From Eledone cirrhosa (lineage: Eukaryota), in the NCBI GenBank assembly GCA_964016885.1, contig OZ024740.1:24428001-24492000 (forward strand): a DNA stretch of 64,000 nucleotides, given 5' to 3'. Shown here in pieces: positions 25,601-39,900 of the stretch (positions are counted from its first letter, which is position 1; every line of letters begins with the position of its first letter). Below the pieces are notes generated by a model that made no database searches, was not told the origin of the DNA, and worked only from the letters and a program-made list of their open reading frames with translations. The position numbers and the translations under genes were made by a program.

Positions 25601-27950
25601 ACATCTAGATAAATATTACAGAAGGAAACTAGAGAGTTAGTCATGGAGAGACATATAGAAAAATAGGACAGAAGGAAACTAGAGTGTTAGAGATGGAGAG
25701 ACATATAGATAAATAGGTCAGAAGGAAACTAAAGTGTTAGAGATGGAGAGACATATAGATAAATAGGACAGAAGGAAACTAGCGGCCTAGAGATGCTGAG
25801 ACATATAGAAAAATAGGACAGAACGAAACTAGAGAGGTAGAGATGGAGAGACATATAGATAAATAGGACAGAAAGAAACTGGAGAGTTAGAGATGGATGA
25901 CATATAGATAAATAGGACAGAAGGAATCTAGAGAGTTAGAGATGGAGAGACATATAGATAAATAGGACAGAAGGAAACTAGAGAGCTAGAGATATAAAGA
26001 CATATAGATAAATAGGACAGAAGGAAACTAGAGAGTTAGAGATGGAGAGACATATAGATAAATAGGACAGAAGGAAACTAGAGAGGTAGAGATGGTGAGA
26101 CATATAGATAAATAGGACAGAAGGAAACTATAGAGTTAGAGATGGAGAGACATATAGATAAATAGGACAGAAGTAAACTAGAGAGTTAGAGATGGAGAGA
26201 TATATAGATAAATAGCACAGATGGAAACTAGAGAGCTAGAGATGGAGAGAGATATAGATAAATAGGACAGAAGGAAACTAGAGAGCTAGAGATGGAGAGA
26301 CATATAGATAAATAGGACAGAATGAAACTAGAAAGCTAGAGATGGAGAGACATATAGAAAAATAGGACATAAGGAAACTAGAGAGCTAGAGATGGAGAGA
26401 CATATAGATAAATAGGACAGAAGGAAACTAGAGAGCTAGTGATTCAGAGACATATAGATAAATAGGACAGGAGGAAACTATAGAGGTAGAGATGGAGCGA
26501 CATCTAGATAAATAACACAGAAGGAAAGTAGAGAGATAGAGATGGAGAGACATATAGATTAATAGGACAGAAGGAAACTAGAGCGTTAGAGAGGGAGAGA
26601 CATATAGATACATAGGACAGAAGGAAACTAGAGATCTAGAGATGCAGACATAGAGATAAATAGGTCAAGAGGAAACTAGAGAGGTAGAGATGGAGAGACA
26701 TATAGATAAATAGGACAGAAGGAAACTAGAGATTTAGAGATGTAGAGACATATAGATAAATAAGAAAGAAGGAAACTAGAGAGTTAGAGATGGAGAGATA
26801 TATAGAAAAATAGGACAGAAGGAAACTAGAGAGCTAGAGATATAGAGACATATAGATAAATAGGAGAGAATGAAACTAGAAAGCTAGAGATGGAGAGACA
26901 TATAGATAAATAGGACAGAAGGAAACTAGAGAGCTAGTGATGCAGAGACATATAGATAAATAGGACAGGAGGAAACTAAAGTGTTAGAGATGCAGAGATA
27001 TATAGATAAATAGGACAGAACGAAACTAGAGAGCGAGATGTAGAGACATATATATAAATAGAACAGAAAGAAACTGCAGAGTTAGAGATGGAGAGACATA
27101 TAGATAAATAGGACAGAAGGAAATTAGAGAGTTAGAGATGTAGAGACATATAGATAAATAGGACAGAAGGAAAGTAGCGAGCTAGAGATGCAGAGACATA
27201 TAGATAAATAGGACAGAACGAAACTAGAGAGGTAAAGATGGAGAGACATATAGATAAATAGAACAGAAAGAAACTGGAGAGTTAGAGATGGAGAGACATA
27301 TAGATAAATAGGACAGAAGGAAATTAGAGAGTTAGAGATGGAGAGACATATAGATAAATAGGACAGAAGGAAACTAGAGAGTTAGAGATGGAGAGACATA
27401 TAGATAAATAGGACAGACGGAAACTAGAGAGCTAGAGATGCAGAGACATATAGATAAATAGGACAGGAGGAAACTAGAGAGGTAGAGATGGAGCGACATA
27501 TAGATAAATAGGACAGAAGGAAACTAGAGAGCTAGAGATGGTGAGACATATAGAAAAATAGGACAGAAGGAAACTAGAGGGCAAGAGATGCAGAGACATA
27601 TAGATAAATAGGACAGAAGGAAAGTAGAGAGCTAGAGATGGAGAGACATCTAGATAAATAGTACAGAAGGAAACTAGAGAGTTAGTCATGGAGAGACATA
27701 TAGAAAAATAGGACAGAAGGAAACTAGAGCGTTAGAGATGCAGAGACATGAAGATAAATAGGACAGAAGGAAACTAGAGAGCTAGAGATGAAGAGACATA
27801 TAGATAAATAGGACAGGAGGAAACTAGAGAGTTAGAGATGAAGAGACATATAGATAAATAGGACAGAAGGAAGCTATTGAGGTAGAGATGGAGTGACATC
27901 TAGATAAATAACACAGAAGGAAACTAGAGATCTAGAGATGCAGACATATA
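22650..27950. repeat. Higher-order tandem duplication within the satellite, ~2.6 kb x2
   Basis: ggcctagagatgctgag at 23141/25784 (+2643), with the same order of neighbouring variants. Boundaries are approximate. Confidence 0.8.
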
Positions 27951-30900
27951 GATAAATAGGTCAAGAGGAAACTAGAGAGGTAGAGATGGAGAGACATATA
28001 GATAAATAGGACAGAAGGAAACTAGAGATTTAGAGATGGAGAGACATATAGTTAAATAAGAAAGAAGGAAACTAGAGCGTTAGAGATGGAGAGACATATA
28101 GAAAAATAGGACAGAAGGAAACTAGAGGGCTAGAGATGCAGAGACATATAGATAAATAGGACAGAAGGAAAGTAGAGAGCTAGAGATGGAGAGACATCTA
28201 GATAAATAGTACAGAAGGAAACTAGAGAGTTAGTCATGGAGAGACATATAGAAAAATAGGACAGAAGGAAACTAGAGCGTTAGAGATGGAGAGACATATA
28301 GATAAATAGGTCAGAAGGAAACTAAAGTGTTAGAGATGGAGAGACATATAGATAAATAGGACAGAAGGAAACTAGAGATCTAGAGATGCAGACATATAGA
28401 TAAATAGGTCAAGAGGAAACTAGAGAGTTAGAGATGGAGAGACATATAGATAAATAGGACAGAAGTATACTAGAGAGTTAGAGATGGAGAGACATATAGA
28501 AAAATAGGACAGAAGGAAACTAAAGTGTTAGAGATGGAGAGATATATAGATAAATAGGACAGAAGGAAACTAAAGTGTTAGAGATGGAGAGACATATAGA
28601 TAAATAGGACAGAAGGAAAGTAGCGAGCTAGAGATGCAGACACTTATAGATAAATAGGACAGAACGAAACTAGAGAGGTAAAGATGGAGAGACATATAGA
28701 TAAATAGAACAGAAAGAAACTGGAGAGTTAGAGATGGAGAGACATATAGATAAATAAGACAGAAGGAAATTAGAGAGTAAGAGATGGAGAGACATATAGA
28801 TAAATAGGAGAGAAGGAAACTAGAGAGCTAGCGATGCAGAGACATATAGATAAATAGGACAGGAGGAAACTAGAGAGGTAGAGATGGAGCGACATATAGA
28901 TAAATAGGACAGAAGGATACTAGAGAGCTAGTGATGCAGAGACATGTAGATAAATAGGACAGGAGGAAGCTAATGAGGTAGAAATGGAGTGACATCTAGA
29001 TAAATAACACAGAAGGAAACTAGAGATCTAGAGATGCAGACATATAGATAAATAGGTCAAGAGGAAACTAGAGAGGTAGAGATGGAGAGACATATATATA
29101 AATAGGACATAGGGAAACTAGAGATTTAGAGATGGAGAGACATATAGTTAAATAAGAAAGAAGGAAACTAGAGCGTTAGAGATGGAGAGACATATAGAAA
29201 AATAGGACAGAAGGAAACTAGAGAGCTAGAGATGCAGAGACATATAGATAAATAGGACAGAAGGAAAGTAGAGAGCTAGAGATGGAGAGACATCTAGATA
29301 AATAGTACAGAAGGAAACTAGAGAGTTAGTCATGGAGAGACATATAGAAAAATAGGACAGAAGGAAACTAGAGCGTTAGAGATGGAGAGACATATAGATA
29401 AATAGGTCAGAAGGAAACTAAAGTGTTAGAGATGGAGAGACATATAGATAAATAGGACAGAACGAAACTAGAGAGGTAGAGATGGAGAGACATATAGATA
29501 AATATGACAGAAAGAAACTGGAGAGTTAGAGATGGATGACATATAGATAAATAGGACAGAAGGAATCTAGAGAGTTAGAGATGGAGAGACATATAGATAA
29601 ATAGGACAGAAGGAAACTAGAGAGCTAGAGATATAAAGACATATAGATAAATAGGATAGAAGGAAACTAGAGAGTTAGAGATGGAGAGACATATAGATAA
29701 ATAGGACAGAAGGAAACTAGAGAGGTAGAGATGGAGAGACATATAGATAAATAGCACAGAAGTAAACTAGAGAGTTAGAGATGGAAGGATATATAGATAA
29801 ATAGGACAGATGGAAACTAGAGAGCTAGAGATGGAGAGACATATAGATAAATAGGACAGAAGGAAACTAGAGAGCTAGAGATGGAAAGACATATAGATAA
29901 ATAGGACAGAATGAAACTAGAACGCTAGAGATGGAGAGACATATAGAAAAATAGGACATAAGGAAACTAGAGAGCTAGAGATGGAGAGACATTTAGATAA
30001 ATAGGACAGAAGGAAACTAGAGAGCTAGTGATTCAGAGACATATAGATAAATAGGACAGGAGGAAACTATAGAGGTAGAGATGGAGCGACATCTAGATAA
30101 ATAACACAGAAGGAAAGTAGAGAGATAGAGATGGAGAGACATATATATTAATAGGACAGAAGGAAACTAGAGCGTTAGAGAGGGAGAGACATATAGATAC
30201 ATAGGACAGAAGGAAACTAGAGATCTAGAGATGCAGACATAGAGATAAATATGTCAAGAGGAAACTAGAGAGGTAGAGATGGAGAGACATATAGATAAAT
30301 AGAACAGAAGGAAACTAGAGATTTAGAGATGGAGAGACATATAGATAAATAAGAAAGAAGGAAACTAGAGAGTTAGAGATGGAGAGATATATAGAAAAAT
30401 AGGACAGAAGGAAACTAGAGAGCTAGAGATATAGAGACATATAGATAAATAGGAGAGAATGAAACTAGAAAGCTAGAGATGGAGAGACATATAGAAAAAT
30501 AGGACATAAGGAAACTAGAGAGCTAGAGATGGAGAGACATATAGATAAATAGGACAGAAGGAAACTAGAGAGCTAGTGATGCAGAGACATATAGATAAAT
30601 AGGACAGGAGGAAACTAAAGTGTTAGAGATGCAGAGACATATAGATATATAGGACAGAAGGAAACTAGAGAGCTAGAGATGCAGGGTCATATAGATAAAT
30701 AGGACAGTAGAAAACTAGAGAGGTAGAGATCGACAGACATATAGATAAATAGGACAGAATGAAACTAGGGAGTCAGAGAGGGAGAGACATATTTATAAAT
30801 AAGACAGAAGAAACTAGAGAGTTAGAGATGGAAACACATATAGATAAATCGGACAGAAGGAAACTAGAGAGATAGAGATTCAGAGACATATAGATAAATA

Positions 30901-33900
30901 GGACAGGTGGAAACTAGAGAGGTAGAGATGGAGTGACATCTAGATAAATAAGACAGAAGGAAACGAGAGAGATAGAGATGGAGAGACATATAGATAAATA
31001 GGACAGAAGGAAACTAGAGAGCTAGAGATGCAGAGACATATAGATAAATATGACAGAAGGAAACTAGAGAGTTAGAGATTGAGAGATATATAGATAAATA
31101 GGACAGAAAGAAACTAGAGAGCTAGAGATGGAGAGACATATAGATAAATAGGACAGAAGGAAACTAGAGAGCTAGTGATGCAGAGACATATAGATAAATA
31201 GGACAGGAGGAAACTAGAGAGCTAGAGATGGAGCGACATATAGATAAATAACACAGAAGGAAACTAGAGAGATAGAGATGGAGAGACATATAGATAAATA
31301 GGACAGAAGGAAACTAGAGAGTTAGAGATGGAGAGACATATAAAAAAATAGGACAGAAGGAAAATAGAGAGTTAGAAATGGAGAGATATATAATTAAATA
31401 GGACAGAAGGAAAGGAGAGAGCTAGAGATGGAGAAACATCTAGATAAATAGTACAGAAGGAAACTAGAGAGTTAGAGATGGAGAGACATATAGAAAATAG
31501 GACAGATAGAAACTAGAGCGTTAGAGATGGAGTGACATATAGATAAATAGGACAGAAGGAAAGTAAAGTGTTAGAGATGGAGAGACATGTAGATAAATAG
31601 GACAGAAGGAAACTAGAGAGTTAGAGATGGAAAGACATATATATATAAGTAGGACAGAATGAAACTAGAAAGCTAGAGCTGGAGAGACATATAGAAAAAT
31701 AGGACATAAGCAAACTAGAGAGCTAGAGATGGAGAGACATATAGATAAATAGGACAGAAGGAAACTAGAGAGCTAGTGATGCAGAGCCATATAGATAAAT
31801 AGGACAGGAGGAAACTATAGAGGGAGAGATGGAGCGACATCTAGATAAATAACACAGAAGGAAAGTAGAGAGATAGAGATGGAGAGACATATAGATAAAT
31901 AGGACAGAAGGAAACTAGAGCGTTAGAGAGGGAGAGACATATAGATACATAGGACAGAAGGAAACTAGAGATCTAGAGATGCAGACATAGAGATAAATAG
32001 GTCAAGAGGAAACTAGAGAGGTAGAGATGGAGAGACATATAGATAAATAGGACAGAAGGAAACTAGAGATTTAGAGATGGAGAGACATATAGATAAATAA
32101 GAAAGAAGGAAACTAGAGAGTTAGAGATGGAGAGATATATAGAAAAATAGGACAGAAGGAAACTAGAGAGCTAGAGATGCAGAGATATATAGATAAATAG
32201 AATAGTAGTAAAGTAGAGAGCTAGAGATGGAGAGACATCTAGATATATAGTACAGAAGGAAACTAGAGCGTTAGAGATGGAGAGACATATAGATAAATAG
32301 GACAGAAGGAAACTAAAGTGTTAGAGATGCAGAGATATATAGATAAATAGGACAGAACCTAACTAGAGAGCGAGATGTAGAGACATATATATAAATAGAA
32401 CAGAAAGAAACTGCAGAGTTAGAGATGGAGAGACATATAGATAAATAGGACAGAAGGAAACTAGAGAGTTAGATATGGAGAGACATATAGATAAATATGA
32501 CAGAAGGAAACTAGAGAGCTAGATATATAGAGACATATAGATAAATAGGACAGAAGGAAACTAGAGAGTTAGAGATGGAGAGACATATAGATAAATAGGA
32601 CAGAAGGAAACTAGAGAGGTAGAGATGGAAAGACATATAGATAAATAGGACAGAAGGAAACGAGAGAGCTAGAGATGTAGAGACATATAGATGAATTGGA
32701 CAGAAGGAAACTAGCGAGTTAGAGATGGAGAGACATATAGATATATAGGACAGAAGGAAACTAGAGAGCTAGAGATGCAGGGTCATATAGATAAATAGGA
32801 CAGTAGGAAACTAGAGAGGTAGAGATCGACAGACATATAGATAAATAGGACAGAAGGAAAATAGAGAGTTAGAAATGGAGAGACATATTGATAAATAGGA
32901 CAGAAGGAAAGTAAAGTGTTAGAGATGGAGAGACATATAGATAAATAGGACAGAAGGAAACTAGAGAGTTAGAGATGGAAAGACATATATATAAATAGGA
33001 CAGAATGAAACTAGAAAGCTAGAGATGGAGAGACATATAGAAAAATAGGACATAAGGAAACTAGAGAGCTAGAGATGGAGAGACATATAGATAAATAGGA
33101 CAGAAGGAAACTAGAGCGTTAGAGAGGGAGAGACATATAGATACATAGGACAGAAGGAAATTAGAGATCTAGAGATGCAGACATAGAGATAAATAGGTCA
33201 AGAGGAAACTAGAGAGTTAGAGATGGAGAGACATATAGATAAATAGGACAGAAGGAAACTAGAGAGTTAGAGATGGAGAGACATATAGATAAATAGGACA
33301 GACGGAAACTAGAGAGCTAGAGATGCAGAGACATATAGATAAATAGGACAGGAGGAAACTAGAGAGGTAGAGATGGAGCGACATATAGATAAATAGGACA
33401 GAAGGAAACTAGAGAGCTAGAGATGGTGAGACATATAGAAAAATAGGACAGAAGGAAACTAGAGGGCAAGAGATGCAGAGACATATAGATAAATAGGACA
33501 GAAGGAAAGTAGAGAGCTAGAGATGGAGAGACATCTAGATAAATAGTACAGAAGGAAACTAGAGAGTTAGTCATGGAGAGACATATAGAAAAATAGGACA
33601 GAAGGAAACTAGAGCGTTAGAGATGCAGAGACATGAAGATAAATAGGACAGAAGGAAACTAGAGAGCTAGAGATGAAGAGACATATAGATAAATAGGACA
33701 GGAGGAAACTAGAGAGTTAGAGATGAAGAGACATATAGATAAATAGGACAGAAGGAAGCTATTGAGGTAGAGATGGAGTGACATCTAGATAAATAACACA
33801 GAAGGAAACTAGAGATCTAGAGATGCAGACATATAGATAAATAGGTCAAGAGGAAACTAGAGAGGTAGAGATGGAGAGACATATAGATAAATAGGACAGA

Positions 33901-36900
33901 AGGAAACTAGAGATTTAGAGATGGAGAGACATATAGTTAAATAAGAAAGAAGGAAACTAGAGCGTTAGAGATGGAGAGACATATAGAAAAATAGGACAGA
34001 AGGAAACTAGAGAGCTAGAGATGCAGAGACATATAGATAAATAGGACAGAAGGAAAGTAGAGAGCTAGAGATGGAGAGACATCTAGATAAATAGTACAGA
34101 AGGAAACTAGAGAGTTAGTCATGGAGAGACATATAGAAAAATAGGACAGAAGGAAACTAGAGCGTTAGAGATGGAGAGACATATAGATAAATAGGTCAGA
34201 AGGAAACTAAAGTGTTAGAGATGGAGAGACATATAGATAAATAGGACAGAACGAAACTAGAGAGGTAGAGATGGAGAGACATATAGATAAATATGACAGA
34301 AAGAAACTGGAGAGTTAGAGATGGATGACATATAGATAAATAGGACAGAAGGAATCTAGAGAGTTAGAGATGGAGAGACATATAGATAAATAGGACAGAA
34401 GGAAACTAGAGAGCTAGAGATATAAAGACATATAGATAAATAGGATAGAAGGAAACTAGAGAGTTAGAGATGGAGAGACATATAGATAAATAGGACAGAA
34501 GGAAACTAGAGAGGTAGAGATGGAGAGACATATAGATAAATAGCACAGAAGTAAACTAGAGAGTTAGAGATGGAAGGATATATAGATAAATAGGACAGAT
34601 GGAAACTAGAGAGCTAGAGATGGAGAGACATATAGATAAATAGGACAGAAGGAAACTAGAGAGCTAGAGATGGAAAGACATATAGATAAATAGGACAGAA
34701 TGAAACTAGAACGCTAGAGATGGAGAGACATATAGAAAAATAGGACATAAGGAAACTAGAGAGCTAGAGATGGAGAGACATTTAGATAAATAGGACAGAA
34801 GGAAACTAGAGAGCTAGTGATTCAGAGACATATAGATAAATAGGACAGGAGGAAACTATAGAGGTAGAGATGGAGCGACATCTAGATAAATAACACAGAA
34901 GGAAAGTAGAGAGATAGAGATGGAGAGACATATATATTAATAGGACAGAAGGAAACTAGAGCGTTAGAGAGGGAGAGACATATAGATACATAGGACAGAA
35001 GGAAACTAGAGATCTAGAGATGCAGACATAGAGATAAATATGTCAAGAGGAAACTAGAGAGGTAGAGATGGAGAGACATATAGATAAATAGAACAGAAGG
35101 AAACTAGAGATTTAGAGATGGAGAGACATATAGATAAATAAGAAAGAAGGAAACTAGAGAGTTAGAGATGGAGAGATATATAGAAAAATAGGACAGAAGG
35201 AAACTAGAGAGCTAGAGATATAGAGACATATAGATAAATAGGAGAGAATGAAACTAGAAAGCTAGAGATGGAGAGACATATAGAAAAATAGGACATAAGG
35301 AAACTAGAGAGCTAGAGATGGAGAGACATATAGATAAATAGGACAGAAGGAAACTAGAGAGCTAGTGATGCAGAGACATATAGATAAATAGGACAGGAGG
35401 AAACTAAAGTGTTAGAGATGCAGAGACATATAGATATATAGGACAGAAGGAAACTAGAGAGCTAGAGATGCAGGGTCATATAGATAAATAGGACAGTAGA
35501 AAACTAGAGAGGTAGAGATCGACAGACATATAGATAAATAGGACAGAATGAAACTAGGGAGTCAGAGAGGGAGAGACATATTTATAAATAAGACAGAAGA
35601 AACTAGAGAGTTAGAGATGGAAACACATATAGATAAATCGGACAGAAGGAAACTAGAGAGATAGAGATTCAGAGACATATAGATAAATAGGACAGGTGGA
35701 AACTAGAGAGGTAGAGATGGAGTGACATCTAGATAAATAAGACAGAAGGAAACGAGAGAGATAGAGATGGAGAGACATATAGATAAATAGGACAGAAGGA
35801 AACTAGAGAGCTAGAGATGCAGAGACATATAGATAAATATGACAGAAGGAAACTAGAGAGTTAGAGATTGAGAGATATATAGATAAATAGGACAGAAAGA
35901 AACTAGAGAGCTAGAGATGGAGAGACATATAGATAAATAGGACAGAAGGAAACTAGAGAGCTAGTGATGCAGAGACATATAGATAAATAGGACAGGAGGA
36001 AACTAGAGAGCTAGAGATGGAGCGACATATAGATAAATAACACAGAAGGAAACTAGAGAGATAGAGATGGAGAGACATATAGATAAATAGGACAGAAGGA
36101 AACTAGAGAGTTAGAGATGGAGAGACATATAAAAAAATAGGACAGAAGGAAAATAGAGAGTTAGAAATGGAGAGATATATAATTAAATAGGACAGAAGGA
36201 AAGGAGAGAGCTAGAGATGGAGAAACATCTAGATAAATAGTACAGAAGGAAACTAGAGAGTTAGAGATGGAGAGACATATAGAAAATAGGACAGATAGAA
36301 ACTAGAGCGTTAGAGATGGAGTGACATATAGATAAATAGGACAGAAGGAAAGTAAAGTGTTAGAGATGGAGAGACATGTAGATAAATAGGACAGAAGGAA
36401 ACTAGAGAGTTAGAGATGGAAAGACATATATATATAAGTAGGACAGAATGAAACTAGAAAGCTAGAGCTGGAGAGACATATAGAAAAATAGGACATAAGC
36501 AAACTAGAGAGCTAGAGATGGAGAGACATATAGATAAATAGGACAGAAGGAAACTAGAGAGCTAGTGATGCAGAGCCATATAGATAAATAGGACAGGAGG
36601 AAACTATAGAGGGAGAGATGGAGCGACATCTAGATAAATAACACAGAAGGAAAGTAGAGAGATAGAGATGGAGAGACATATAGATAAATAGGACAGAAGG
36701 AAACTAGAGCGTTAGAGAGGGAGAGACATATAGATACATAGGACAGAAGGAAACTAGAGATCTAGAGATGCAGACATAGAGATAAATAGGTCAAGAGGAA
36801 ACTAGAGAGGTAGAGATGGAGAGACATATAGATAAATAGGACAGAAGGAAACTAGAGATTTAGAGATGGAGAGACATATAGATAAATAAGAAAGAAGGAA

Positions 36901-39900
36901 ACTAGAGAGTTAGAGATGGAGAGATATATAGAAAAATAGGACAGAAGGAAACTAGAGAGCTAGAGATGCAGAGATATATAGATAAATAGAATAGTAGTAA
37001 AGTAGAGAGCTAGAGATGGAGAGACATCTAGATATATAGTACAGAAGGAAACTAGAGCGTTAGAGATGGAGAGACATATAGATAAATAGGACAGAAGGAA
37101 ACTAAAGTGTTAGAGATGCAGAGATATATAGATAAATAGGACAGAACCTAACTAGAGAGCGAGATGTAGAGACATATATATAAATAGAACAGAAAGAAAC
37201 TGCAGAGTTAGAGATGGAGAGACATATAGATAAATAGGACAGAAGGAAACTAGAGAGTTAGATATGGAGAGACATATAGATAAATATGACAGAAGGAAAC
37301 TAGAGAGCTAGATATATAGAGACATATAGATAAATAGGACAGAAGGAAACTAGAGAGTTAGAGATGGAGAGACATATAGATAAATAGGACAGAAGGAAAC
37401 TAGAGAGGTAGAGATGGAAAGACATATAGATAAATAGGACAGAAGGAAACGAGAGAGCTAGAGATGTAGAGACATATAGATGAATTGGACAGAAGGAAAC
37501 TAGCGAGTTAGAGATGGAGAGACATATAGATATATAGGACAGAAGGAAACTAGAGAGCTAGAGATGCAGGGTCATATAGATAAATAGGACAGTAGGAAAC
37601 TAGAGAGGTAGAGATCGACAGACATATAGATAAATAGGACAGAAGGAAAATAGAGAGTTAGAAATGGAGAGACATATTGATAAATAGGACAGAAGGAAAG
37701 TAAAGTGTTAGAGATGGAGAGACATATAGATAAATAGGACAGAAGGAAACTAGAGAGTTAGAGATGGAAAGACATATATATAAATAGGACAGAATGAAAC
37801 TAGAAAGCTAGAGATGGAGAGACATATAGAAAAATAGGACATAAGGAAACTAGAGAGCTAGAGATGGAGAGACATATAGATAAATAGGACAGAAGGAAAC
37901 TAGAGCGTTAGAGAGGGAGAGACATATAGATACATAGGACAGAAGGAAATTAGAGATCTAGAGATGCAGACATAGAGATAAATAGGTCAAGAGGAAACTA
38001 GAGAGTTAGAGATGGAGAGACATATAGATAAATAGGACAGAAGGAAACTAGAGAGTTAGAGATGGAGAGACATATAGATAAATAGGACAGACGGAAACTA
38101 GAGAGCTAGAGATGCAGAGACATATAGATAAATAGGACAGGAGGAAACTAGAGAGGTAGAGATGGAGCGACATATAGATAAATAGGACAGAAGGAAACTA
38201 GAGAGCTAGAGATGGTGAGACATATAGAAAAATAGGACAGAAGGAAACTAGAGGGCAAGAGATGCAGAGACATATAGATAAATAGGACAGAAGGAAAGTA
38301 GAGAGCTAGAGATGGAGAGACATCTAGATAAATAGTACAGAAGGAAACTAGAGAGTTAGTCATGGAGAGACATATAGAAAAATAGGACAGAAGGAAACTA
38401 GAGCGTTAGAGATGCAGAGACATGAAGATAAATAGGACAGAAGGAAACTAGAGAGCTAGAGATGAAGAGACATATAGATAAATAGGACAGGAGGAAACTA
38501 GAGAGTTAGAGATGAAGAGACATATAGATAAATAGGACAGAAGGAAGCTATTGAGGTAGAGATGGAGTGACATCTAGATAAATAACACAGAAGGAAACTA
38601 GAGATCTAGAGATGCAGACATATAGATAAATAGGTCAAGAGGAAACTAGAGAGGTAGAGATGGAGAGACATATAGATAAATAGGACAGAAGGAAACTAGA
38701 GATTTAGAGATGGAGAGACATATAGTTAAATAAGAAAGAAGGAAACTAGAGCGTTAGAGATGGAGAGACATATAGAAAAATAGGACAGAAGGAAACTAGA
38801 GGGCTAGAGATGCAGAGACATATAGATAAATAGGACAGAAGGAAAGTAGAGAGCTAGAGATGGAGAGACATCTAGATAAATAGTACAGAAGGAAACTAGA
38901 GAGTTAGTCATGGAGAGACATATAGAAAAATAGGACAGAAGGAAACTAGAGCGTTAGAGATGGAGAGACATATAGATAAATAGGTCAGAAGGAAACTAAA
39001 GTGTTAGAGATGGAGAGACATATAGATAAATAGGACAGAAGGAAACTAGAGATCTAGAGATGCAGACATATAGATAAATAGGTCAAGAGGAAACTAGAGA
39101 GTTAGAGATGGAGAGACATATAGATAAATAGGACAGAAGTATACTAGAGAGTTAGAGATGGAGAGACATATAGAAAAATAGGACAGAAGGAAACTAAAGT
39201 GTTAGAGATGGAGAGATATATAGATAAATAGGACAGAAGGAAACTAAAGTGTTAGAGATGGAGAGACATATAGATAAATAGGACAGAAGGAAAGTAGCGA
39301 GCTAGAGATGCAGACACTTATAGATAAATAGGACAGAACGAAACTAGAGAGGTAAAGATGGAGAGACATATAGATAAATAGAACAGAAAGAAACTGGAGA
39401 GTTAGAGATGGAGAGACATATAGATAAATAAGACAGAAGGAAATTAGAGAGTAAGAGATGGAGAGACATATAGATAAATAGGAGAGAAGGAAACTAGAGA
39501 GCTAGCGATGCAGAGACATATAGATAAATAGGACAGGAGGAAACTAGAGAGGTAGAGATGGAGCGACATATAGATAAATAGGACAGAAGGATACTAGAGA
39601 GCTAGTGATGCAGAGACATGTAGATAAATAGGACAGGAGGAAGCTAATGAGGTAGAGATGGAGTGACATCTAGATAAATAACACAGAAGGAAACTAGAGA
39701 TCTAGAGATGCAGACATATAGATAAATAGGTCAAGAGGAAACTAGAGAGGTAGAGATGGAGAGACATATATATAAATAGGACATAGGGAAACTAGAGATT
39801 TAGAGATGGAGAGACATATAGTTAAATAAGAAAGAAGGAAACTAGAGCGTTAGAGATGGAGAGACATATAGAAAAATAGGACAGAAGGAAACTAGAGAGC